From Staphylococcus phage vB_SsapH-Golestan-100: DNA of 64,000 nt. The notes beneath the pieces are model-generated. The model was not told where the DNA came from. It made no database searches and saw only the letters and a program-made list of their open reading frames with translations. Location of the stretch: sequence record LC647030.1. One strand, given 5' to 3'. Both the position numbers and the translations under genes were made by a program. Below are positions 1 to 10,100 of the stretch, piece after piece. Position 1 is the first letter of the stretch. Each line of letters starts with the position of its first letter.

Positions 1-1
1 T

Positions 2-577
2 CTATTAATTACAGAGTATAGTAAAGATGTAGTTAATATCAGTGAGGAAGATACTTATGATGAAGACATGGCAGAGGGTATACCTATGGTTATATCCTTT
101 ACTAATTCATTACTAGAAGACAAACCTAATTTAACTAATCTATATTATGCTTATAGAGGAAGACCTTCTACAGACCCATTAGACTATATTAACGATAATC
201 CTGTAGGCGTGGACATGTATACTATAATTTACTGGATGATGAAACACCAAGAAATACCTAATGACTTTAATTATCCTTTGACATCAGAGGACTTTATAAG
301 TTATGATGGTATATATGAGGTATACTCTAAAGGGCATAAGTATAAGTATTATCTTGATGAGATGGAAAAAGGTGACTTTGTATTCTTTGATGATAATGAC
401 ACTACAGTAGGTATATACATTGGAGACAACAGATGCATCACCATTACAGGTAAACAGCCATATGACAGAAGTGGAGGTTTAGACTTTATTGTATTAGAGG
501 ATGAATGGTGGGATAGATTTAATGGTAGGATTATGAGATTTAAAGAGGAGGATGTAGTAAGATGGGAGCTAATGTAG
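2..577 (+). CDS. 5'-truncated tail-associated protein, C-terminal fragment; the GDFVFF...VGIYIG segment is weakly NlpC/P60-like
   Basis: The frame is open from window position 2 with no stop before the first ATG at 68, so the gene starts upstream of the window. In Twort-like phages a peptidoglycan hydrolase sits at this position in the tail module. No catalytic Cys/His could be confirmed. Confidence 0.4.
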   Translation, partial: LLITEYSKDVVNISEEDTYDEDMAEGIPMVISFTNSLLEDKPNLTNLYYAYRGRPSTDPLDYINDNPVGVDMYTIIYWMMKHQEIPNDFNYPLTSEDFISYDGIYEVYSKGHKYKYYLDEMEKGDFVFFDDNDTTVGIYIGDNRCITITGKQPYDRSGGLDFIVLEDEWWDRFNGRIMRFKEEDVVRWELM

Positions 578-3500
578 TAAGAAGACAATCAGGACTTGGA
601 ACTACCTTTTCAGAAACAACTTCTGAAGACAATAAAATGAAGAGCTTGATTTTAGCTAGAATCATAAAAGTATACTATAAGTATCAAACTGTTGAATTAG
701 AGGCACTATCAGGTAAGTTGTCATTAGGTAAAGGTAACAACACAGAAGGTAGATTTTCAGCTCCATATCCTAAGTCTTTCACAGGATTAACTCCTGAGAA
801 TGAAGTATATGGCTCTATACCTGTTATGTCTCCAGGCATGATAGTACTTGTTGGTTTTATTAATGATAACCCTAGTAACCCTATAATCGTTAATAGTTAT
901 GGACTAAATGAGCATAATAAGCAATTAGTTAGAACACCATTATTAAGTGGTGACATGAGAGATGGCAAGAACTATAAATTCAACTCAGCATCTTTTACAC
1001 TATCACCTAGTTTAACTTATCAGTTTAAAGATGGTGAAGGCAATGAAGTTAATACATGGAATGGTTATACATTTCAATCTATAACTTCTGATGCTAATAA
1101 TTTACCTGTAGCTACTGACTACATGGATGGTAGTTATTACATGGATTTATATACTAGTAAGTATGGTGACGGTTCTTTAATTGAACCTAGAACTAAGCAA
1201 GCTCCTGCAATATTTTTTAAACACCAAGGAGAATATACATCAGATGGTGAGTTAGATAATCATATATACATGGACTATATAGAGCCTGATGGTACACATA
1301 GAACTACTTCTATGAATAGAGAAGAGCAATGGAGAACATCTGTTGAGCAAGGACATAAAGGTGACTGGAGAGTAAGGTACCAAGCAGATAGCATTATATT
1401 AGACGATGCACTAGACTACATAGAATTTGGTTTAGATAGTGATAACCAAAGATTTTATGTAGAAAACCCAAATCATTCTTTTGAAGTCACAGATGAGGGT
1501 ATTATGGTTGATGGAAAGCCTCTATTAGCTAACATAGATGACAGTATTGAAGAAGCCTTTAAACATCTAGATGAGATAGAAAGTCAAATGGAAGAAGTTC
1601 AGAACATACTTGAAGGCTTAGGTGAGAGAAGTTTAAGAGAACTTATAAACGCTACTAATGAAGCTATAGCTAAAACTGAACAAAATGAAACTAAGATAAG
1701 TGCGCTTAATAAGGCTATAAATGAAAATACTAATAATATTGCAGGTATGATAGAGAAGTACGATAACTTTATGGATACTGTAAGAACCTATATTCAAGAT
1801 AATGATACTAATATTAACAGTATTAGAGACCGATTGAGAGCGGTTGAAAACTCATCTGATTTAGAACCACTCAAAAAAGATTTAGAAAAATATAAATATA
1901 AAACATACAAAGATGTTAGAGTGGAAGCTGATTTACCTAGATACTTTGCTGGTTATGATGCTATACTAACAGGCTCTCAAAATACAAAGTATAACTTGCA
2001 AGCATTTGCCATGGATAGTAAATACTACTTTTTATTATTTAAACCTGAAGGTTCAGGAGACAAAAGAAATATCTTGGTAGTTTATGATAAGTTTTTAAAA
2101 GAAATCAATAAGTATTTCTTTGGCCAAGGAGTAATTCAAACGATAGCTATTGACGTGCCTGCTAATACGACTAATCGTTATCTCTATACTAAGCTCGATG
2201 ACCAAACAATAGTTTCTTATGACTTAACAGCAATAGATAGTAAGGATGTCTTGACATTTAGTGACATTACTAGTAAAGAGCCTAGAGCATCATATTCAGT
2301 ACCTGTTCAGGACACTATACTAAAGGTTAGAGATAACTGGTTAGTTAAGACAGTAATTGACAGCTTTGGTTATGCTACTTACACGCTTTATGATAAGAAT
2401 TTCTCTAACCCATCTAAGTTATACAAATTACGTAATAATAGTAATGTTGTAGGCTCTATGATGGATGGTGGAAACTTAGCCCAAGTAATTCAAACCCAAA
2501 ATACAGCAGGAGTACAAATAGTTAATTCTGACAATAGTATTCAGGATTACACGTACAGTAACACAGAGTTAAACTCCTTTATCCAAAGTAAGATAGGAGT
2601 TTCTACTTCAACAGCTAAACAGGTAGGTGCTTTTAGTAGCTCTGATGTTTACTTATCTACTATAGTTTACAATGAGGATACAAGCTATGGAAAGACTAAG
2701 GGCATTGCGATTATAGAACATAAAGCATCTAATAGGGATTACAAGTTTAGAGAGTTCTCTTTACCTGTAGACCAAAGACTTACAGTGGCCTGTATAGGTA
2801 CAAAGCTATTTAACACAAATACAAACTCTGAGATTAATAGTATAGAGGATTTACTCACTACTATGACAGACTTGAAGATGAGTTCATTCTCACTATATAC
2901 AAGTAATACTAATATAATTGATTTTAATTCATCTACAAAAGTACCTACAGATGTTATTGTAACTATATCCATGTTAACGGATAAAACATTCTATGTTACC
3001 TATACATTTACTAAAAACAACCAAGAGAACAATTACATCATAAAGAACACAAGCTCAGGTTATGCTTACACAAGTATTGATAATGAACCTGTACTTAATA
3101 ACATAGATGTATATACACTTAAAAATGTAGGTAAATCGTACGTAGTAAATGGTACTAACCTACCTGAAGGAAGTACAGAAGGCTTTGTAGAATTCAGACA
3201 AACACCTAATGCAAGTTTGTTAGTATTTATTGATGCTACATCATTAAACCAATACGGTGCTATAAAAAAAGGCACACAATGGGGAGATTGGAAACTATTA
3301 TCAAAGGAGATTTTTAAACCAAAAGGAGGCGGGTCGGATAAGTATAAATCAATGACAGAGTTGATGAGTGTGGTTCCTGCTGGTACACAATGGGAGATAG
3401 TAACTAAAAACCTATATTCAGACACACTGGTATCAGCCATACATGGAGGAGGTATAGAGATAGGTACATCAGAGTTAGCAGAAGAAGTAGCAACAGAATC

Positions 3501-3960
3501 TAACAAGGATTACTTCTCCTTCTTAGGTAAGAAATCATCAAATAACTCTGAATTACATGTTACCTCTACTAATTATGATGAGCCTACATTGTTTACTATG
3601 CTTAGACGTTCTTTATATTCTGTAGCAATACACGGAGCTAGTGGAGATGACAAAGTTATCTATGTAGGAGGAGCAGACGCTACAAACAAGGCTATCATGA
3701 AAGCAGAACTGATTAATGCTGGATTTGACGCTCAAGATGCTCCTGATAACCTAGCGGGTCTAGAGCCAAATAATATATCTAATCAGACCAAAAGAAAAGG
3801 GTGTGTTCAGTTAGAGTTAACTACAGCACTTAGAAAATCATTCTTTTTAAATGATGACTGGTCTAAAGCTAACAGAAGTAATAGGGATAATTGGACACCT
3901 ACTCTATTTAACTTAACAACAGCTATAACAACTGCAATTAGTAAATTTGAAAATGACTAA
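562..3960 (+). CDS. large tail/baseplate structural protein (1132 aa) with a central coiled coil
   Basis: Long ORF that overlaps the upstream gene by 16 nt. A heptad-rich segment lies near residues 330-450. Position is upstream of the baseplate wedge and J genes. No enzymatic motif, such as the GDPD motif HRG, was seen. Confidence 0.55.
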   Translation: MGANVVRRQSGLGTTFSETTSEDNKMKSLILARIIKVYYKYQTVELEALSGKLSLGKGNNTEGRFSAPYPKSFTGLTPENEVYGSIPVMSPGMIVLVGFINDNPSNPIIVNSYGLNEHNKQLVRTPLLSGDMRDGKNYKFNSASFTLSPSLTYQFKDGEGNEVNTWNGYTFQSITSDANNLPVATDYMDGSYYMDLYTSKYGDGSLIEPRTKQAPAIFFKHQGEYTSDGELDNHIYMDYIEPDGTHRTTSMNREEQWRTSVEQGHKGDWRVRYQADSIILDDALDYIEFGLDSDNQRFYVENPNHSFEVTDEGIMVDGKPLLANIDDSIEEAFKHLDEIESQMEEVQNILEGLGERSLRELINATNEAIAKTEQNETKISALNKAINENTNNIAGMIEKYDNFMDTVRTYIQDNDTNINSIRDRLRAVENSSDLEPLKKDLEKYKYKTYKDVRVEADLPRYFAGYDAILTGSQNTKYNLQAFAMDSKYYFLLFKPEGSGDKRNILVVYDKFLKEINKYFFGQGVIQTIAIDVPANTTNRYLYTKLDDQTIVSYDLTAIDSKDVLTFSDITSKEPRASYSVPVQDTILKVRDNWLVKTVIDSFGYATYTLYDKNFSNPSKLYKLRNNSNVVGSMMDGGNLAQVIQTQNTAGVQIVNSDNSIQDYTYSNTELNSFIQSKIGVSTSTAKQVGAFSSSDVYLSTIVYNEDTSYGKTKGIAIIEHKASNRDYKFREFSLPVDQRLTVACIGTKLFNTNTNSEINSIEDLLTTMTDLKMSSFSLYTSNTNIIDFNSSTKVPTDVIVTISMLTDKTFYVTYTFTKNNQENNYIIKNTSSGYAYTSIDNEPVLNNIDVYTLKNVGKSYVVNGTNLPEGSTEGFVEFRQTPNASLLVFIDATSLNQYGAIKKGTQWGDWKLLSKEIFKPKGGGSDKYKSMTELMSVVPAGTQWEIVTKNLYSDTLVSAIHGGGIEIGTSELAEEVATESNKDYFSFLGKKSSNNSELHVTSTNYDEPTLFTMLRRSLYSVAIHGASGDDKVIYVGGADATNKAIMKAELINAGFDAQDAPDNLAGLEPNNISNQTKRKGCVQLELTTALRKSFFLNDDWSKANRSNRDNWTPTLFNLTTAITTAISKFEND

Positions 3961-3963
3961 GTA

Positions 3964-3992
3964 GAAGAGGATAACACCTCTTCTTTTTTATT
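3964..3992 (+). terminator. rho-independent terminator
   Basis: Stem gaagagg/cctcttc with a 6-nt loop, followed by a T-run. Confidence 0.6.
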
Positions 3993-4034
3993 GTATGTTA
4001 TATTAATTTTGAAGAAGACCACAAGATAAAATAC

Positions 4035-4062
4035 TTGCAATACCTTATAAGTATGGTATAAT
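4035..4062 (+). promoter_or_regulatory. sigma-A-type promoter: TTGCAA, 16-nt spacer, extended -10 TGgTATAAT
   Basis: Read directly from the sequence upstream of the 4094 gene. Confidence 0.55.
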
Positions 4063-4093
4063 AATTGCATAGACTATAGAAAGGAGTTATATT

Positions 4094-4888
4094 ATGCCTC
4101 AATCAGACGGTACAAATACACTAAAAAGAATTGCATTACACTTTTCTGATGACAATGGTAGTTTTACTAACTCTACTGAAGACATTTATAGATTTGCTGT
4201 AAACCCTGAAAATTATAGACATACAATGCCACAACGTTCTAATGTTTTAAAAACTAAGTCAAGTATAATAGTAGAAGACTATGGAAAAGACATTGAAACT
4301 ATTACCTTTTCAGGTACAACAGGCTTTAGAAAGATAAAACAAAATGGCAAGGTAATGAATGGTAAACAAAGAATGGATGAGTTAATATCTCTAGTAGACT
4401 ACTACGCTCAGTCAAGTGGAGGTAGCGGTAATAGACCTTCACATTTAAGATTTTATAATCGTACAGACGATGTTAACAAACTAGTGACATTAGCACCTGA
4501 AGGATTAACAGTTACAAGAGACAAAGAAAATCCATTGATGTACCAGTATGAAATAACATTAATAGTTTTAGGGTTTGCTTGGGAAGATGGAGACAATGCA
4601 AAAACAGACCCTGAGTTTGGTAACGTTAAACCTAGTCCTAGCCAAGATGCTACCAATAAGTTTTTAGACCAAAATGACTATGACTACGGGTATAGAGACC
4701 AAAATAATAATGCTATGAACAATGGTGACAACAGGTTTACTGACCATATCAAAGATACTGATAACAACATACAAGCTAATAATACTAGTAGTACAGTAGC
4801 TAACCCAAGAGTTAACCTCAGAGGTATGTCGAGTTCTGTATCAAATATGGCTCAAATTGTAGGCTATGGGAATGGTGGTGTAGGTTAA
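4094..4888 (+). CDS. baseplate/tail structural protein (264 aa)
   Basis: Upstream RBS aaggag. Sits in the structural module. Its size matches the Twort-like counterpart. Confidence 0.5.
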   Translation: MPQSDGTNTLKRIALHFSDDNGSFTNSTEDIYRFAVNPENYRHTMPQRSNVLKTKSSIIVEDYGKDIETITFSGTTGFRKIKQNGKVMNGKQRMDELISLVDYYAQSSGGSGNRPSHLRFYNRTDDVNKLVTLAPEGLTVTRDKENPLMYQYEITLIVLGFAWEDGDNAKTDPEFGNVKPSPSQDATNKFLDQNDYDYGYRDQNNNAMNNGDNRFTDHIKDTDNNIQANNTSSTVANPRVNLRGMSSSVSNMAQIVGYGNGGVG

Positions 4889-5421
4889 TGGATTATAGAA
4901 TAAGACAAACAAGTAGTTTACTAAGATTTTTAAAAACAATTGATGTCTCAGATGACACAAGAGTATTAGCTAATAGACTAGATGGTGAGCTAACTTTCAC
5001 TTCTAAGTACTATACTCCCAATTTAATACTAAGTGAGCTAGCAGTAAAAGCTTTACAAGACATAAAAAATAATGTAGTACCTTATACGGATACTGACATC
5101 AATAAGGAGAGTATAGTTAATAGCCTTAGAAAAACAGACTTAGCTATAAGAGAGCCTGGTGTTTACCAAATACTACAAACTATTGTATTAGAAGCGTTTG
5201 CATTAATAAACAGTGTTACTGAATCACCTACAGCCCTAAAGTATGTAACAAAGAAAGACATAGCTCTTACTAGAGATAACCTAAACTATGTATCTGATTA
5301 TTTAGGTGATTACCCTGATTACATTACTGTTTTAGATAAGCTAAGAGAACTAGACATCAGTTTTGGTTATATTGAGAACCAATTAGATTTAATGAAAGTA
5401 GGTGTTGTTGATGAGGTATAA
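4888..5421 (+). CDS. baseplate-associated protein (177 aa)
   Basis: ATGA stop/start overlap with the upstream gene, which suggests translational coupling. Position is in the baseplate cluster. Confidence 0.5.
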   Translation: MDYRIRQTSSLLRFLKTIDVSDDTRVLANRLDGELTFTSKYYTPNLILSELAVKALQDIKNNVVPYTDTDINKESIVNSLRKTDLAIREPGVYQILQTIVLEAFALINSVTESPTALKYVTKKDIALTRDNLNYVSDYLGDYPDYITVLDKLRELDISFGYIENQLDLMKVGVVDEV

Positions 5422-6118
5422 AAAGTATAGAATACAATACCAAGACACCGTACAAGGTATAGCACAAAGATTTTATGGAGATGTGAGTAGTTGGTTTGAA
5501 CTAGTAGAGTATAATAACTTAGAGTATCCTTATATAGTAGATACTAATGCAGAAAAACTTGAAAATTTAGAGCATTTAGTGACGATAGGTGATGAGCTTA
5601 TCATACCTATAGAGGATGATTTAGCTACATATGATGTAAGTAAAATAAACAAACATGACTCAAGTATTATGATGGATTGGTCTCTAGGCATGGATATAGA
5701 CATGCTTAGTGGTGAACAGACTTTTAAGAATCATGGTACAAGTGATGAGATTACAGAGTTAGACGCAGACCCTAGTACACATGACTTATCTTTAAGAAAA
5801 GGTGTATCTAATATGGTTCAGGCCTTAACTGCTAGACTCTTAACCGCTAGAGGTAGTTTATTATTACATCCTGATTATGGCTCAGAGTTACATAACCTAT
5901 TTGGTAAAGCTTTACCTGAGCAAGCATTGCTTATAGAAACAGAAATAACTAGATGTTTAATGAGTGATTCACGAGTAAAATCGGTAACACAAGATAACTA
6001 CACTATACAAGGAAATGAATACAAAGGAGCCTTTACGGTTGACTTAGAGTCTGTGGAGAAATCGTTAAGATTTGTATTAGAGGCAGACCCATCAGGAATT
6101 ATCGCTAGATTTGAATAG
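5411..6118 (+). CDS. baseplate wedge protein: N-terminal LysM-like domain fused to a gp25/GPW-like domain
   Basis: LysM-like segment YRIQYQDTVQGIAQRFYGDVSSW. GPW/gp25-like segment ALTARLLTARGSLLLHPDYGSELHNLFGK. The RBS AGGTG lies 7 nt before the ATG at 5411. Confidence 0.65.
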   Translation: MRYKKYRIQYQDTVQGIAQRFYGDVSSWFELVEYNNLEYPYIVDTNAEKLENLEHLVTIGDELIIPIEDDLATYDVSKINKHDSSIMMDWSLGMDIDMLSGEQTFKNHGTSDEITELDADPSTHDLSLRKGVSNMVQALTARLLTARGSLLLHPDYGSELHNLFGKALPEQALLIETEITRCLMSDSRVKSVTQDNYTIQGNEYKGAFTVDLESVEKSLRFVLEADPSGIIARFE

Positions 6119-6136
6119 GAAGGAAGGACAAACGAC

Positions 6137-7183
6137 ATGAAAACAAAAAAGCTATCAGAGATACTCTCTAGGCTTATAGATAAGACAATGATTTCTACAG
6201 GTAAAATAAATGATTTTACTCCAGGAAGTGTCATACGTTCTCTATATGAAGCTATAGCATTAGAGATAGAACAGTTCTACATGCTCACTAGACAAAACAT
6301 ACTATGGGGTATACAAGAAGGTGTATTACAGGCTTTTGACTTTAAGAAGAGAAAAGCTAAGAGAGCTTATGGTCAAGTGACTATAGAGTTTTATAATCCT
6401 TTGAAAGAGAGACTTACAATCTCTAGAGGTACAACATTCACATCTAGTAAGCAAGAAATTACACAACAGTTTGAAACATTAACTGAATATTATGTTGAAC
6501 CAGGAACAACATCGACAAGAGTAGAAGTCTATTGTACTTCTATAGGAGAAGTAGGTAATGTACCTGAAGAATCTATAAACATAATCAATACAAGCTCAAC
6601 TCTAATAAGTAGGGTGTATAATGAAACTTCATTTAGCACAGGAACAGATGAAGAGCCTATAGAAGATGTAAAAAGAAGATTTAATTTATTTGTAGAAACT
6701 AGAGGTAGAGCAACAAATAAATCAATACGTTACGGGGCAACTCAAGTCGATGAAGTAGCAGGTGTACATGTGTATGAGGAAGTAGGTCATGTTACCGTTT
6801 TTACTCATGATAGAAATGGGGAGTTAACACCTGAGTTAAAGAGTAGAGTAACACAAGCATTAGAGGATTATAGACCTAGTGGTATTATGCTTGAAGTAAA
6901 ACCTGTTATAAAAACAACACAAGACATTAATGTTACAGTAACACTATCAGATAAAAACCAAATAACAAATGACTATAAACTTCGCATTGAAAGTACTATT
7001 AGAAGCTACTTAAATAACTTTACCGTATCTAAAGATTTAATATTATCAGACTTAACACAAGTTATAATGAATATAGATGACTATATGATTTATGATTGTA
7101 GTTATAATAACATTACAGGAAATGTTATAACAAATCCTGAAGAAATATTGCGTGCAGGTAATATTAATGTTACACTAGTATAG
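6137..7183 (+). CDS. baseplate J-like protein (348 aa)
   Basis: Lies immediately after the gp25-like gene. The 348-aa size matches baseplate J of Twort-like phages. This call rests on synteny and size. Confidence 0.5.
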   Translation: MKTKKLSEILSRLIDKTMISTGKINDFTPGSVIRSLYEAIALEIEQFYMLTRQNILWGIQEGVLQAFDFKKRKAKRAYGQVTIEFYNPLKERLTISRGTTFTSSKQEITQQFETLTEYYVEPGTTSTRVEVYCTSIGEVGNVPEESINIINTSSTLISRVYNETSFSTGTDEEPIEDVKRRFNLFVETRGRATNKSIRYGATQVDEVAGVHVYEEVGHVTVFTHDRNGELTPELKSRVTQALEDYRPSGIMLEVKPVIKTTQDINVTVTLSDKNQITNDYKLRIESTIRSYLNNFTVSKDLILSDLTQVIMNIDDYMIYDCSYNNITGNVITNPEEILRAGNINVTLV

Positions 7184-7199
7184 AAAGGAGGGAATATTT

Positions 7200-10100
7200 T
7201 TGGGTAACTTTTTAAAATACATACATCCTCTACTGAAAAGAAAGAAAAGTGATAAGAATTATGAGGATGTAAACTACGCTATAATAAATGCTCTAGACAC
7301 TGAAATAAGTGATTTAGAAAAAGAGGCTATGGCAAGTAAAATACAGTCATCTCTAAAAACCGCAAAAGGAGAGTATTTAGACCTTTGGGGTGAGTGGTTT
7401 TATGTAACAAGAAGAGACAATGAGGAAGATGACTTGTACAGAGAACGTATTATAAAGTTCTTATTATTGAAAAGAGGAACTAATAATGCTATTATCGAAG
7501 CATTAAGAGACTTTTTAAATGACTATGATTCTTACATCAATATCTATGAACCGTTTACTAATATCTTCTATACTAATAAATCTAAACTTGATGGGGAAGA
7601 CCATCTTATGGGTGACTATTACCGTTTTGCTATTATCGACATCACATTAGGTCGTAAGTTCCCTGTAGAGATTATAGACGTTATTAATGAGTTTAAACCA
7701 GCAGGAGTTAAGTTTTACTTAACCTATGACCACTCAAGAGATGTAGAAGGTGATGGTATTATAGAGATGCCACCAGCTAATGTAGACATAACTGCTAGAA
7801 CACATATCAGAACTTTAGGAGGTTACGGAGGTTATATTAGAGGTCATGTTAATTTAGGAAATTTAACTTATAAATCCATTTTTGACTATGAAGATGATAG
7901 AGAGGGTAGCAATAATATCTTTAAAACTGATAATTCCCTAATTAATAGTTTAGATGTTCTAGGAGGGGAAGCAGGAGCAGGAAGCAAGTATGCTAATACC
8001 GCTATGTTAACATCCAAAGCTTACTACCCTACACCTCAAGATACAGCACATACTTTTAGTGAAACAAGTGGCGTTACATTGCTAGACTCAGAGTTTAATA
8101 GAGGTACCAATAAAATAGATAATCTAGTAGGCTCTTTAAAAACATTAGGAGGTAACAAGGAAAGTAATATTTACATAGGTCTTGATGTCTATCGTTACTT
8201 AAATCTAAATTACCCTAGTACGGTTAAGGACTATGCAGATACTTCAGAGCTAAAAAACAAAATTACGAAGGTTACAAAAGACCCTAAGATAGTTTTTAAA
8301 GCTAATGCTTTAGTGTCACCTTCAGAACCTGTATCAGCCCATATGTATATATTTAACTTTACTAACAACCAATGGGATTTTTTAGATACAGTAAATCTTG
8401 ACTTGAATGGTGTTCATAAGACCGCAGAGCTAGGTAACTTATATGACAACATATCAGATACTGGAACTGTATTCTTGAAGGGTGTGGTAGATGCTACTGA
8501 AGAGCAGATACAGATAAATGTAGACTATCTAGACCTATCATTTAAAGATTATGTAAAAGATTACTATACTATAATGCCTTATGAAGGTTCAGTAGTAGGC
8601 TACCATAATCTTATAAACCTAGCTGTAGAAGTTAACGCTTATAAGACGTATACAGGCTCTAACCCTGAAGTTATGTTAGATTCTTATTACAGACCCACGG
8701 GATTTTATAGGATTAAAGGTTTAGGCTCTACTAGAATATCTCATGTGTTGAAAGATGAAGATTATAATATGGGTATAGAATCTGAAGAGAATAGCTATCA
8801 CTATTTACCTACAGGGCTTCTTAGTAAAGAATATCTTAAACCCTTTACTATTACAGATGACAAAACTTATTTAACTTTAGATAATAATTTCAACTTTGCT
8901 GAATACTATACACTTAGCTTTATGCTAGACAATAGTGCGGACATTAACACTAGTGAGTATAAATTGCACTTTTATCAAGAAAGAAAGTCAACAAATACTC
9001 AAGAGCTTGTAGCTACTTTTAACTTATCCGATAGCTCTAAAAGCTCAGAAGAGGTGTTTAGTCAAACTAAGCAATTCCTTAAGTTCCCGTACAAAGAAGC
9101 TATTGGTGACGATGACATTAACTTTTATGTTAAAGCTGAATCTACTGGTCAGAATGCACAAGAACCTTTACAGGTTAAAGCATTTGTGTTAAAAAATTCT
9201 AGTATAGTTAAGGATGTTCCCTCAGATGCTAGCTCTATTTCTTATGGAGGTCAGAGTAACCTAAGAGATTACACAATAGAGGATACAGAAAATGGTGTGT
9301 ACTTAAAATCACCTACTGATGGGATTTTTGACTTTGCCTTAAGTTTCCCTGATGCTCCTAAGACGGACAAGGAGAAACCCTATTATTACAATGAACTTAT
9401 TGAAAAAGGACTTACACCATCGCTTTTAATTCCTTATAAAGTTACTGATGGTACTAAAGGCAGTGGAATGGTTAGAGCGTATATCAGAGACACTAAAACA
9501 AGTGCTATTATTTCTAGCTTTTATATAAGCAACAATAAAGATTCAAATTCTCCTTATGATTATATAACTATACCATTATCTAAGCTAAATTCTTCTAGTA
9601 GTCTTTACATATCTACGAGTAGCATCACTGGCATTAAGATTATAGGAAACATGAAAATAGCATTTTACACAGAAGACAATGCACTAACTTTATCATCAGG
9701 AATGTCTTACTTGCCTATAGTATCTAAAGAGTATATTGTTAAAGGTGAGATGACAGTTAAGTTTAAAATGAATAAGAAATATAGTTTACAAGAACTTCAA
9801 TTGTATTATGGTACAAGAAACACTCAAGGTATGGAAAATGTACCTTATTCATTAGAAAATGTCCAACAAGTTACTTCTACGGTTGTAGATGATACTACAA
9901 ATGAGTATTTATTTACGGTCAAAGTACCTACAGCACGCAGGGGTTATAACATAGAAGATGTTTATTCATTGTTAACTGACATGTCTAAACTCGAAGTAGA
10001 ATCCAAAGATGATACAACAGAAGTTTTTAATGATTACGATGACACGTATACAATAATTAATTATAGTAACCCTATAGACGTAACTATACCTATATATAAT

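Noticed and set aside
349-588. 79-aa minus-strand ORF inside the 5' tail gene. The track also lists similar antisense ORFs at 2739-2972, 3066-3506, 4453-4656, 10631-11089, 14302-14562, 16984-17211, 21579-21761, 23424-23633, 34640-34825, 38717-39304, 41181-41369 and 46254-46550.
   Set aside because: Each is fully embedded antisense within a long, well-supported CDS, has no RBS, and has a low-complexity or serine/leucine-rich translation typical of AT-rich antisense frames.
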